Of a stretch of DNA of 64,000 bases, positions 63,852 to 64,000 are shown in pieces (the first letter of the stretch is position 1; each line of letters starts with the position of its first letter). Under the pieces are notes generated by a model that was not told where the DNA came from, made no database searches, and was given only the letters and a program-made list of their open reading frames with translations. The DNA is from a virus (lineage: Duplodnaviria > Caudoviricetes), in the IMG/VR virus record IMGVR_UViG_3300025640_001000; one strand, written 5' to 3'. The position numbers and the translations under genes are program-made.

Positions 63852-64000
63852 AAAAAATAAAAAAGATGTAGATTGTGAAATACTAATTGCTATTAATAGT
63901 TGCGAAAAAGATCGTGAGCATTTAGAAAAACTTAAATCATCAGAATTTTATGCAGAACTTGAAAGAAATCCTGATATTGGTATATTTGAGTTTTATCGTG
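63841..64000 (+). CDS. 3'-truncated ORF, possibly another glycosyltransferase
   Basis: The frame is open to the window end (MRNRKNKKDVDCEILIAINSCEKDREHL...). ILIAINSC resembles GT31-like N-termini. Confidence 0.4.
   Translation, partial: MRNRKNKKDVDCEILIAINSCEKDREHLEKLKSSEFYAELERNPDIGIFEFYR

Noticed and set aside
1-64000. Numerous short minus-strand and out-of-frame ORFs in the track (e.g. 35098-35676 and 21175-21537, GV-rich)
   Set aside because: They lie within long + strand genes and are antisense or frame shadows; the GV repeats mirror the PT linkers.
1-64000. Stop-codon reassignment
   Set aside because: Coding density is already near complete with code 11, and TAA, TGA and TAG all end genes at sensible boundaries.
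1-64000. Eukaryotic giant virus (NCLDV) origin, suggested by the eukaryote-like GTs and Cys-rich proteins
   Set aside because: SD-like motifs, GTG/TTG starts, overlapping start/stop codons and 64 kb of co-oriented genes favour a prokaryotic virus. NCLDV origin is not formally excluded without hallmark genes.
1-64000. tRNA, rRNA or intrinsic terminators
   Set aside because: Intergenic gaps are about 100 nt or less and AT-rich, and no convincing cloverleaf or GC hairpin plus U-tract was seen.

Overview
AT-rich window (about one-third GC by eye) with every credible gene on the + strand. Genes are tightly packed with overlapping start/stop codons, several AGGAG/GGAG Shine-Dalgarno-like sites and a recurring upstream ATA(T/C)TTAT motif. 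This fits a large (jumbo) bacteriophage late region, but no capsid, terminase or polymerase hallmark gene lies in the window, so viral origin is an inference. There are two blocks. (1) 1-42897: 13 Cys-rich genes with no obvious signal peptides, most with Pro/Thr linkers, encoding modular proteins of up to 3004 aa. They are built from a small shared parts kit: an N-terminal 'WYG...LxCGHxY' module (8 copies), a 'CC...GGxxC' module (about 12 copies), dockerin-like Ca-loop/helix repeats, cohesin-like beta-sandwiches, LamG, CBM5/12-like, discoidin, FG-GAP propeller, RCC1-like and Gly-rich domains. Several domains are nested inside loops of other domains. (2) 42956-64000: a 21-kb glycan-modification island with about 15 glycosyltransferase-like genes (GT8, GT11/23-like, GT25, GT31, GT64, GT77, PLOD-like), 6 sulfotransferases, a GDP-mannose 3,5-epimerase, an SGNH hydrolase, two DUF1796-like genes and an orphan GHKL ATPase. 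The best candidate for an undescribed system is a cellulosome-like (cohesin/dockerin plus PT-linker) self-assembling adhesin scaffold on a virion, decorated by the adjacent sulfated O-glycan machinery. All family calls come from motif recognition by eye, not from database searches.
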